Source: an uncultured Planctomycetaceae bacterium
GTDB taxonomy: Bacteria; Planctomycetota; Planctomycetia; Planctomycetales; Planctomycetaceae
Length of the DNA: 64,000 bases
Assembly (NCBI GenBank): GCA_913031625.1
Contig: CAJWGB010000001.1
Location: forward strand, 52,533-116,532
Reading direction: 5' to 3'
Made by a program: the position numbers and the translations under genes. Below the pieces are notes generated by a model, which was not told the DNA's origin, ran no database searches, and saw nothing but the letters and a program-made list of their open reading frames with translations. Within the stretch, counting starts at the first letter, position 1. Every line of letters begins with the position of its first letter. This document shows, one piece after another, positions 56,101-64,000 of the stretch.

Positions 56101-58132
56101 TCTGAAACAGGTGCAGCAGGAGATTGAAGCTCTGGCAACCAGGGGAGCAACCGAGGAAGGCAGGCAGATAGGCTACGCGGCGTGGGTCGCAGCGGAAGGA
56201 AATGGAGCTGCTGCGTTATTTTCTGCCTCCCGCTCCAAGGACAGCCTCAGAGACTTTCTGGCCTCAGTCCCGCGAATCCCGGAGGGTGAATTGCGAGCCG
56301 GACTGTATGCCGATGTCCGTGCCCTGATGTTCGAACTGCCTCCAGGACTCGAACCGGAGCCCGTTAACAGTGGGCAGACGGAACCAGGGATTCACGTGGA
56401 CTACTACTATCCAGCGGCCGGCAATGTTGCGATAGAAACTCTGGAGCGAATGACTCCCAAAGACAGCGGAGTCGTCCCGGAAATCATCATGAATGTCCCG
56501 CAGCGCAAAGATGCTGACAAATTTGCTCTGAAGTTCTCGGGCATGATCAGCGTTCCGAAGTCCGGGCGATATACATTTTCAATCGCATCAGACGATGGTT
56601 CGCGAATTTATCTCGATGGAAAACTGCTCGTCAACAATGACGGGCTGCACGGAATGGTTGAGAAGAGCGGCAGCGTTAATCTTGCGGCCGGAGCTCACGA
56701 CCTTGTTGTGACCTATTTTGACAACGGTGGAGGCGATGGACTCAGTGTTGCATGGGCCGGGCCGGGATTTGGAAAGCAGAAGATCGCCAAAGAAGCACTC
56801 TCACTCAGCGGTGGATCTGAAACGATTCACGATGTGGCGATCCGGGCACTCGGCGCCATTCCTGGAAACGAAGCAGGCCTGTTTAATGACCTCGCTGACC
56901 TGTTGAAGGCCGGTCGAAATCAGTCATCTTCGGTGGCCGTACTATCCGCCATTCCGCAGGATCAATGGGTTCAGACGCGGATTCCGGGCCTGGTTGACAA
57001 CCTGATTGGCTACCTGAGTGAGATTCCAGCACGGTACCGCACGGGGGCCAGCGCCACTGCTGCGATTGAGCTGACTAAAGCCCTCAGCACGAAGCTTTCG
57101 GCAGATGCCGGGGCGGACGCCCTGGAACGCCTGCAGAATCTGGACGTGCGAGTCATCGCCCTCGGCACAGTGCCCGCTCGCATGCTGTACGACAAAGAGC
57201 GGATTGTTGTGGAAGCAGGTAAGCCGGTTGAGTTTCGGTTTTCCAATACCGATCACATGCCGCACAACTTTGCGATCGTTGAACCGGGCTTCCTGCAGGA
57301 AGTCGGTGAACTGGCCGAGAAGACGGCGCGGGATGCAGGAGCCAAAGAACGGCACTTTATTCCTGAATCTGAACGAATCATTCTTGGCAGCCGACTCCTT
57401 GAGTCCGGCGAAAAACAGGCGATCAGCTATACGGCACCCGCTGAACCGGGAATCTACCCCTATGTCTGTACCTACCCCGGCCACTGGAGACGAATGTTTG
57501 GTGCGATGTACGTCGTCGAGAGCCTTGAGCAGTACAACGCAGACCCGGTTGCCTATTTAAAGGAGCATCCAGCTGAAGCAAAAGATGAACTCCTGACGTA
57601 CCTTGATCGGAACACAGAATGGAAGCTGTCCGACCTTGCAGGTGATGTGATGCATCTCGGACATCGCAGCAACAGTTTTGACGTCGGGGAGAAGCTGTTT
57701 TCAGTCGCGAGTTGTATTGGCTGCCACAGGATGAATGGCAAAGGAGCCAACGTCGGGCCGGATCTGACGAAGCTGCCGGCCGAGTATAAGCCGGTGGACG
57801 TTCTGCAGCACATTCTTGATCCGTCGAAGAAGATCGACAGGAAGTATCAGTCGAATCTCATCGTGCTGAAGTCAGGAAAAGTCGTGGCTGGACTGGTTGT
57901 AAAGGAAGACGACACCAGCCTGCACGTGCTGGACAATCCAACCGCTCCTGATCGCATTCGTGTGATCGCGAAGGACGAGTTGGAAGAGCGGGAGGTCAGT
58001 GAAGTCAGCATCATGCCGAAGGGTGTGTTGAACAAATTGACACGTGAAGAGATTCTTGACCTGCTGGCGTTTGTGGTTTCGAGGGGCGATAAGAAGAGTG
58101 ACCTGTTCAAAGCCCATCATCACGGAGAGTGA
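53198..58132 (+). CDS. PVC-type multidomain heme-binding dehydrogenase-like protein: SGNH-like, beta-propeller, HEAT, PA14, cupredoxin, cytochrome c
   Basis: GNTTADR/MNGIH (SGNH-like), FASEEMFP...NPVQMA and FRPTDVEIGADGALYVSDW (propeller), SDDGSRIYLDG (PA14), HN...CTYPGHWRRM (type-1 Cu), and CIGCH...SIMP (heme c). SD-supported GTG at 53198. Confidence 0.88.
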   Translation: MIRRIAVLSCVLLLSSVSAQLKLQPGDHISYIGNTTADRMQHHAWLETYLHALHPDHELTFRNLAVPGDELKSRPREDNFGSPDQWLSKNKTDVVFAFFGYNEALKGTEAIDGFRRDLADVIKAMKGQKYNGKSAPRIVMFSPIGHENLQDPNLPDGSENNVRLNLYTAAMRSVCQEQGVAFVNLFDLTQQLYSSSEKPLTMNGIHLLDHGNEAVAREIVKQLLAKEAPAADSVGKLREAVQEKNYYWFNRYRVVDGYNVFGGRSRLAWFGQSNADVMMREMEIFDIMTANRDARVWAVAGGGDLEVKDDNIPEELVVKSNKKGDLPDGSFSYRTAEEGLKLMKLDEGLQANVFASEEMFPELINPVQMAVDTDGRLFASVWPSYPHWNPTKPRTDRIVCLPDDDGDGVADRCVIFADGLNSVTGFEFWGGGMIVAALPELWFLKDTDGDDRADVKIRLLQGLSSADSHHSANAMVVGPDGWVYWSRGIFNVAAMETPTTTYRSGRSGVHRFNPRTFEMEFHFPIGPNPHGDIFDQWGFQFANDGTSGTGSYVNIGKGIGNKQWFRKEWRPVAATGILSSSHFPERHQGNFLVCNCIGFLGILQHEVKYNGADITAEKVPPLLDSKDPNFRPTDVEIGADGALYVSDWANALIGHMQHNMRDPNRDASHGRIYRITAKGRPLLKPVRLKGKPVTEVCKAFYAPENSTRYRARLELSGRESASVTRDVKAWASVLNVEEPKDAQALLECLWVLEEHRRPDLGLLGKVFLAKESRVRAAAIRTLGHWARLTPGGSALLVAAARDDSALVRAEALKAAVEFQAVAADVDLKATLNSPRLTAIFEAAVRDKDEELITVLNYAKGQINVDQLINQAIARKIPLSKAAYGYALNTASPADLLKLQGTPELYTAILSRPGVPEQFVREAVNGLAKLKKASVSSVLVDAITEMDGQSQTATISGPGRILAAQPNADLKQVQQEIEALATRGATEEGRQIGYAAWVAAEGNGAAALFSASRSKDSLRDFLASVPRIPEGELRAGLYADVRALMFELPPGLEPEPVNSGQTEPGIHVDYYYPAAGNVAIETLERMTPKDSGVVPEIIMNVPQRKDADKFALKFSGMISVPKSGRYTFSIASDDGSRIYLDGKLLVNNDGLHGMVEKSGSVNLAAGAHDLVVTYFDNGGGDGLSVAWAGPGFGKQKIAKEALSLSGGSETIHDVAIRALGAIPGNEAGLFNDLADLLKAGRNQSSSVAVLSAIPQDQWVQTRIPGLVDNLIGYLSEIPARYRTGASATAAIELTKALSTKLSADAGADALERLQNLDVRVIALGTVPARMLYDKERIVVEAGKPVEFRFSNTDHMPHNFAIVEPGFLQEVGELAEKTARDAGAKERHFIPESERIILGSRLLESGEKQAISYTAPAEPGIYPYVCTYPGHWRRMFGAMYVVESLEQYNADPVAYLKEHPAEAKDELLTYLDRNTEWKLSDLAGDVMHLGHRSNSFDVGEKLFSVASCIGCHRMNGKGANVGPDLTKLPAEYKPVDVLQHILDPSKKIDRKYQSNLIVLKSGKVVAGLVVKEDDTSLHVLDNPTAPDRIRVIAKDELEEREVSEVSIMPKGVLNKLTREEILDLLAFVVSRGDKKSDLFKAHHHGE

Positions 58133-58239
58133 CAACATCTGTTTGTCTTGCGGAAAACTACCTGCCGTCGTCGAGCGACGTTTTGCATCGACTGCAGGTT
58201 TTCGGCAGGCACTTTCTGTGACTCTTCGGACGCAGCCCT

Positions 58240-58956
58240 TCACTCCCCTTTTTTGGAAGCGAGGTAGCGTGCGATGACTTTGTCCGGGTTTTGCTGAAAG
58301 GCCTGCAGGCAGCCTGTGCAGCAGACATACCAGGTGTTGCCCTTGTGTGAGACTGCGATTGTTCCACGGCCACCGGTAACAACACATTCTCTTCTGGAAG
58401 ATTCGGTCTGGGCCAGACTGGTCCCACTGCGTGTGTAGCCAATTTCCGCGGTCCTTCGAAAGGCACCCTGAGCGGACGTCTGGCGTTCAAATAGAATCGT
58501 GGTTCGCTTTTCGCTGAGCTGTCGAATTGTGCAGCGATGAGAGACTCCTTCTCTGTCGGGCTTCGAAACAAAGATCCGAAGCTTCGAGGATTGTGCCTCC
58601 GAGCTGGGTTTGGGTCTGAACAGGAGCTTTTGATCTCCCGTGTCCTGTACCAGCTGCAGATTGCCATCCTCGATCTGAAATGTGAGCGAACGGAACCGCT
58701 GGCCGTCTTTGGCAGTTGCCTTAATAACAGCCTGACCATCGGCGAATCCCCATCCCCAACTGGTCTTCTCTGACCATGCTCCCTGTCGTGAGCCGCGTTT
58801 CAATTGGCCGACCCCGCGCCACTCGCCAATGAGTCCGTTGAATGGCCGAAGCTGGTTCGGGATTTCAATCGGGTCCGTGGTCCTTTTGGATTCATCTTCG
58901 TCTGAAAAGGCAATGACCACAGGGACAGTGAGGAGCAGTAAGAGAATGCGTGCCAT
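58240..58956 (-). CDS. Secreted hypothetical protein with C-terminal YHS/TRASH-like Cys motif
   Basis: Signal peptide, beta-rich core, and C-terminal CVVTGG...WYVCCTGC. Confidence 0.72.
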   Translation of the reverse strand: MARILLLLLTVPVVIAFSDEDESKRTTDPIEIPNQLRPFNGLIGEWRGVGQLKRGSRQGAWSEKTSWGWGFADGQAVIKATAKDGQRFRSLTFQIEDGNLQLVQDTGDQKLLFRPKPSSEAQSSKLRIFVSKPDREGVSHRCTIRQLSEKRTTILFERQTSAQGAFRRTAEIGYTRSGTSLAQTESSRRECVVTGGRGTIAVSHKGNTWYVCCTGCLQAFQQNPDKVIARYLASKKGE

Positions 58957-59182
58957 CGGTTGGATCGTCCTGTGACATGAGTATTTCAGTGCAAATTCCG
59001 GCCTGTCATAACCAGAACAACATGAATAACCGGCCCGGGATGCAAGTCCTCGCGGATGCGCGGGTGGTTTGGACCATGACGAAAATCATACCAGTCCGAT
59101 ACTGACAGTGACACACTGGGCCCTGCGTGGTTACGGGTGTCGTCTCTGGATGAAATGGCTCCACTGTCCCATGGAGGGGATT

Positions 59183-59926
59183 ATGGTGCCTGTGACCCGA
59201 TTCTGTTTTTTAGCCGCCCTGAGTTCACTGGCGATTATTGTTAGTGGCTGTACCACGGTGAGCCAAAAGCTGACGTCCATGACGCGAGGGCCAATTCTGC
59301 GCCCGTCTGCGCCTGCAGACAGCTGTGGTGTCGAAGACTCTGATACGGCTTCGTCTGGCGCTGCCGGCAATTCCATGCAGGGATACGCTGCCGGCAGCAA
59401 CTGCCGTGTGGACAGCAAAGGGCGTCGCATTCAGGCGACTCCATGCCACTTTGAAGCCTGCATGGTGCCTCGTGAACTGCGCAAGACGGCACTGCCGGAG
59501 TATCGAGTTGAGCCTCCGGACGTCCTGTTGATTGAGGCGGTCAACAATCTCCGGCCGGCTCAGTCTCCGATCCTCGCTGGCGAGCCGCTGATCATTCAGG
59601 TGGATGGAACGATTCCCCTGACTCCGGGCGCCCCCAAAGTAAAGCAGCAGTTCAAGACGATCGACACTCCCAACACTCAGGTTCCCCGTCCAGCCACCAG
59701 AATGTGGACCACCGGACATGTGGCTGGCTTTAGTGTTCCGGGTCGTCAACCGCAGGGTCAACAGCAACCGGGAATCGGTGGGCTCTCTGCCCCTAGCATA
59801 CGAAATTATGGTGCCAACACCCTTCCCGGCACTCCAGGGCGGATCTTTCGAACCGGCGGGTTCGGTGGTTCTGCCTATCAGTATTCTCAACCGTCCTACG
59901 GAACGCAGGGCACACAGGGATTCTGA
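59183..59926 (+). pseudogene. Truncated/fused polysaccharide export (Wza-like) lipoprotein
   Basis: SD GGAGGGG, lipobox IVSGC and PRELRKTALPEYRVEPPDVLLIE. After FKTID (~59665) the sequence switches to a low-complexity Gly/Gln/Pro tail with no export/SLBB domains. Confidence 0.55.
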
Positions 59927-59974
59927 TTCTCAATCAATCGTCTGATGCACACCCCTCACACTGGATAGACGAAT

Positions 59975-60731
59975 ATGATCAACCTGTCCCGGATTATTCG
60001 CGATGGAGGCAGAATCGTTGCCACCTCAGCGTTGCTGCTGGCATCGAGCTCCGTCGCCGACCTTTGTTGTGGCCGCGCGGACCGTCCCCAGATTTCACCC
60101 GCCTGTCATCCGACATGGGGATATTACCAGACGTGCTGGCGACGGTTTCCGCCATTGGAACCTTGTGTTGGCTGGGGAGACACGTGTGACGTCTGCCCTC
60201 CTCAGGGAACCGTCATTCATCAGGGGCAGCCTGTCCAGGGGCCTGTTCGTATCATTGGGCCGCAACTGCAGACGCATCCTCATATGAAGATGGGCCAACC
60301 CCCCCGTCATTCTGCAGCCATTTGGTGGGGGTGGAGCTGTCAATCAGATACCACCTGGAGCGATTGTTATTCCTCAGAGTCAATCGCCTCAACCAACTCC
60401 TCAGATTGCGCCTCTGCCGGAACTTCAGGGAACTCCGGGCCTTGTCCAGCCGCCGGGCAAACTGCCCATTAACCCAGTGCCGCTGAATGAGTCTGCACTG
60501 CCTGCGGCACCGCCTCTGCAGCAGCAGTCATTTCGATACCAGCATCCACGCATTCAACAGATGGGGCATGGCAAATCGTCTTCGGTTGGCGGACACTACA
60601 TCGGCCATCAGATGAATGTTCAGCAGCCTCGACGATATCCCACGGGAACGTGGCAGGCCCCTGTTACCCCGGAACCTGAACCACAGGACAACTCCTTCAC
60701 CGGCCGCCTCAAGCGGTGGTTTAGACGATAG
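59975..60731 (+). pseudogene. Secreted Cys/Pro-rich hypothetical protein split by a frameshift at a C7 tract (60299-60305)
   Basis: Removing one C joins ...MKMGQPP to an open frame VILQPFGGGGAVNQIPPG...RLKRWFRR that contains track ORF 60477..60731. Confidence 0.65.
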
Positions 60732-60838
60732 CTGCACCCTCGTTGCCCGGGGTGCACTGAAGCTCCGCCCTCGTTGTCTTAGGCCAATCGTCTCAGGTCG
60801 GGTTCCGCGGTGCCTCAGGTCGATTTTCCCCCCGGTTC

Positions 60839-60866
60839 GTTTAACCGGCAGCCGAAGGCGCGCGTG
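60839..60866. repeat. Dispersed repeat, copy 2
   Basis: GTTTAACCGGCAGCCGAAGGCGCGCGTG matches 21464-21491 at 23/28. Confidence 0.45.
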
Positions 60867-61084
60867 ACGAGCTCTGAACAGCAGCGTAGCTGCGCGAGTG
60901 TTTAACTGCGGGTACCAGCCCGCGGACCGGCTCGTCCGACATGAACTGAGAGCCGTGAAGCGACGACAGGCTGACTGTCAAACTCTCTGCAGCGTGGATG
61001 AACAGCTTCATTCGGTCAGCAGCGATCCAGAGTCGGGTCAAAACCTGCCCCGCCTCCTGACCACAGTCGCGTGTGTGTGATCTC

Positions 61085-61684
61085 TTACTCCGGCGTCGCG
61101 CCTTTTGACTTCATGTAGTCGGTGCGAATCTTTCGCAGCTGCTTCCAGATCTCGGCCTTTTTAGCCTGCGGAGAAACACAGGCAAACAGAAACTGTTTTT
61201 CGTCGCCTGTCCACGTGCGAATCTCCATGTTCAGCGTCTGAGTTTTCTGCGTTGCGAACGGCTCCACCCATTTGAGTTTTGCCGTCCATTGTCGAGGCAT
61301 ATTCTTCAGCTTCTGCTTTGGTTCGACCTTCTTCAGTTCGATCGTGAATTTGTCGAATGCCAGTTCCGGTGTCTTGTCCCGCAACACAGCTTTTGAGAGC
61401 CCGCGATAGTACTTCAGCAGCTCTTCCTTCAGAGCTTTCTCAGTCAGGTTAAGGTCCTGCTGAAACTCAAATGCGAAGGCATAGCAAAAAAATGAGTTGG
61501 ATTCGGCTTTCATCATGCCGGGGGCAAATCGAATGTGCTCGACACCCTTGAGACTCATCTTTGGTGCGAATCCGGTCGGCAGAGGAATGGTCTCCCCACC
61601 CCAGCCCGCGGGAGCCTTCAGGCCCGGCTTTTCGTCAGCAGCGGCGGCTCCACACAAAAGCAGACACAGCAGTAATCGCATCAC
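61085..61684 (-). CDS. Secreted hypothetical protein
   Basis: Signal peptide MMRLLLCLLLCGAAAA and protein-like ETIPLPTGFAP...EHIRFAPGM. Confidence 0.75.
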   Translation of the reverse strand: MMRLLLCLLLCGAAAADEKPGLKAPAGWGGETIPLPTGFAPKMSLKGVEHIRFAPGMMKAESNSFFCYAFAFEFQQDLNLTEKALKEELLKYYRGLSKAVLRDKTPELAFDKFTIELKKVEPKQKLKNMPRQWTAKLKWVEPFATQKTQTLNMEIRTWTGDEKQFLFACVSPQAKKAEIWKQLRKIRTDYMKSKGATPE

Positions 61685-61806
61685 AGCCCCTTCATTTTGA
61701 TGAGCAGGCGAATAATCCGAACGTCAGAAGAATTCCCCACCGTACATCAGTATAAACGCAGTCACTGAATCTGTAATTCCCGATCCTGACGACGGCTGAT
61801 GAAACG

Positions 61807-64000
61807 ATGCATATGACTCGCCCTGCAACCAGTCCTGCCACCGATGCCCCGGATCACAGACGCAGCAAGTGCCGTGCTTGCGAAGCAAATCGAATCGGTT
61901 TTCGGATTACCTTCAGCATTCTTTCTGCTGCAGTCAGTCTGGCACTTCTGACAGAGATTTCATCCGCTCAAACTCCCCAGGTCTATCGAGATCGTGTGGA
62001 GCCACATTGGTTCGCGGACAACACAATGTTCTGGTACCGCGTCCGTCTGCCGCGGAATCAGTCAGAGTTTGTACTCGTCGACGTGCAGAAGCGGACACGT
62101 GTGGCCGCTTTTGACCACGCTGCTGTCGCTCAGGCGATGTCCAAAGAGACCTCGAAGCAGGTGACTGCTGGCCGATTGCCAATCCAGACCCTTGAGTTCA
62201 GCAGCGATGGCTCATCAATCACTTTGAAGGGGCGTACAGAAACATGGCATCTTGATCGAATGTCAGGAGCCATTTCTTTGGCTTCGAAACAGAGCCAACG
62301 GCCAAAGGAGACTGCTTTCTTTATGCCGGCACGCAAGTCGATCGATCGCGGTGGAGATGTGGAACTGCAACTGGTCAATCAACTCAAAGAGAACGTGCAG
62401 TTGATCTGGATGGGACGCGATGGAAACCCGGTCAGTTATGGCAGGGTCGACGCGGGTGCCGAACGCACTCAGCATACGTTTGTCGGGCACATCTGGCTGT
62501 TGAAGTCTGAGGGAGGCAAGTCTCTTGCCTGTTTTGAAGCATTCCCCGGCCGCAATGAAATCGTAATTTCCGAGGAGGCGCTGGAGAAGACGAAGACGAT
62601 TCGCCCTCAGTCGCCCAAACCCGCTCCGCCCAGGCGCACCCGGCCCGGCAGAGCTCCCGCGCCTCGTGTCGCGTTTTCTCCTGATCGAAAGTTCTCAGCA
62701 GAAGTCCAGGACCACAACCTGCATCTGGTTGTGAATACAGGAGGAGATTCGCGAAACGTGCAGCTTTCGTCGGATGCCACAGAAGAAAACTCATTTCAAA
62801 AAGATGCTTCTCGAGCGCGTCTGGTGCAGATGCAGTATGGACTGCAGGACCCACCCTCGACGCTTCCAGATGTCCGCTGGTCACCAAAGTCCGAGGTGGT
62901 TGTCGCCTTCCAGACCAAACGCGTGCCCGAACGACGCGTCTATTACGTGGAGTCTACTCCTCGTGATCAGTTGCAGCCGCGCCTTCAGAGCTATCCGTAC
63001 GCGAAACCAGGTGACCCGATTCCCGTGTCGTGGCCTCGTCTGTTTCGACTGCCGGACGGAGACGAGATACCCGTTTCCCGTGACCTGTTTCCGAATCCGT
63101 TTCAGTTGAGTTTCCAGCGCTGGAGCGATGACGGCGAGCGATTCTACCTGCTGTACAATGAGCGTGGTCATCAGAACGTACGAGTCCTCGAGGTCAACAC
63201 GGCTGATGGTGCTGTTCGCGCCATTGTTGACGAACACAGTTCGACGTTCATTCAGTATTCGGACCGCGGAAAGTTCGTGATGGAATGGCTGCCGGATAAC
63301 CAGTTATTGTGGGCCAGTGAACGATCCGGATGGAATCACCTTTATCGCTACGATGTGGCAGACGGGAAGGTGATAAACGCTGTCACTTCCGGTGACTGGA
63401 ACATGAAGCGGATTGAGCGGATTGATCGTGACCGAAAGGTAATCTGGTTCTACGCAGTCGGCGTGAAAAAAGACCAGGACCCGTACCACGAACACTTCTG
63501 TTGTGTGAACTTCGACGGCTCCGGTTTCCAGGTGTTAACCGAAGGTGACGGGACACATCAGGTGCAGTTTTCACCAGACCGAAAGTACCTGATTGATCGC
63601 TGGTCGCGAGTGGATCACCCCCCTGTGACAGAACTCCGCACGGTGGAGGGCGCGGCCGTCGTGACACTTGAAACGGCAGATGCATCGGAAGTCAAAGCAG
63701 TCCGACCTTTGCCAATTCGGTTTACTGCGAAGGGGCGTGATGGTCAGACAGACATCTGGGGAATCATTCATTTGCCTTTAAACTATGACCCGGCGCGAAA
63801 GTATCCAGTTGTTGAGAACATTTACGCCGGGCCGCACGATCATCACGTTCCCAAGGCCTTTCGGACACGCTGGCGTCATCAGCACCAGATTGCGGATCGC
63901 GGAATCATCGTGGTTCAGATTGATGGAATGGGAACTGGATGGCGGTCTAAGAAGTTTCACGATGTTTGCTACAGGAATCTCCGGGACGCCGGGTTCCCTG
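61807..64000 (+). CDS. S9 family peptidase with DPP-IV N-terminal domain (3' partial; absent from the track because it has no stop)
   Basis: Frame reads YRDRVEPHWF, ERSGWNHLYRYD, VTSGDWNM, YPVVENIYAGP and IVVQIDGMGTGWRSKKFHDVCYRNLRDAGFP to the window end. Confidence 0.88.
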   Translation, partial: MHMTRPATSPATDAPDHRRSKCRACEANRIGFRITFSILSAAVSLALLTEISSAQTPQVYRDRVEPHWFADNTMFWYRVRLPRNQSEFVLVDVQKRTRVAAFDHAAVAQAMSKETSKQVTAGRLPIQTLEFSSDGSSITLKGRTETWHLDRMSGAISLASKQSQRPKETAFFMPARKSIDRGGDVELQLVNQLKENVQLIWMGRDGNPVSYGRVDAGAERTQHTFVGHIWLLKSEGGKSLACFEAFPGRNEIVISEEALEKTKTIRPQSPKPAPPRRTRPGRAPAPRVAFSPDRKFSAEVQDHNLHLVVNTGGDSRNVQLSSDATEENSFQKDASRARLVQMQYGLQDPPSTLPDVRWSPKSEVVVAFQTKRVPERRVYYVESTPRDQLQPRLQSYPYAKPGDPIPVSWPRLFRLPDGDEIPVSRDLFPNPFQLSFQRWSDDGERFYLLYNERGHQNVRVLEVNTADGAVRAIVDEHSSTFIQYSDRGKFVMEWLPDNQLLWASERSGWNHLYRYDVADGKVINAVTSGDWNMKRIERIDRDRKVIWFYAVGVKKDQDPYHEHFCCVNFDGSGFQVLTEGDGTHQVQFSPDRKYLIDRWSRVDHPPVTELRTVEGAAVVTLETADASEVKAVRPLPIRFTAKGRDGQTDIWGIIHLPLNYDPARKYPVVENIYAGPHDHHVPKAFRTRWRHQHQIADRGIIVVQIDGMGTGWRSKKFHDVCYRNLRDAGFP

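Overview
This is a gene-dense, moderately GC-rich bacterial window. Its gene content points to a planctomycete (inference): two DUF1501 genes, a DUF1549/DUF1553 gene, PQQ-like propellers, a sulfatase, a PVC-type heme-binding dehydrogenase and DUF3500. No rRNA, tRNA, CRISPR array or transposase was found. The left part holds housekeeping and carbohydrate genes (Gfo/Idh/MocA, sulfatase, TIGR01777, proA, gdhA, dxr-rseP) and several apparent pseudoenzymes and gene relics. The main feature is a ~19-20 kb minus-strand cluster (about 24.5/26-45 kb). In transcription order it encodes DUF1549/1553, DUF1501, a 758-aa TPR protein, a 2576-aa secreted TPR protein, ExbB/TolQ, two ExbD/TolR, a single-pass membrane protein, a membrane-anchored DUF4159 protein, a secreted TPR protein and a flavoprotein. 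The two large TPR proteins share a repeated Ig-like module, and the giant one carries nested carbohydrate-binding-type domains. The cluster looks like an uncharacterised proton-motive-force-driven envelope machine, with no TonB-dependent receptor, TonB, TolB or Pal in the window. Also present: a SWIM/WGR gene relic missed by the ORF track, an in-frame amber stop, a C7-tract frameshift, a truncated Wza-like gene, a two-copy MITE-like element and REP-like palindromes. All family assignments come from motif recognition by eye; no database search was run.
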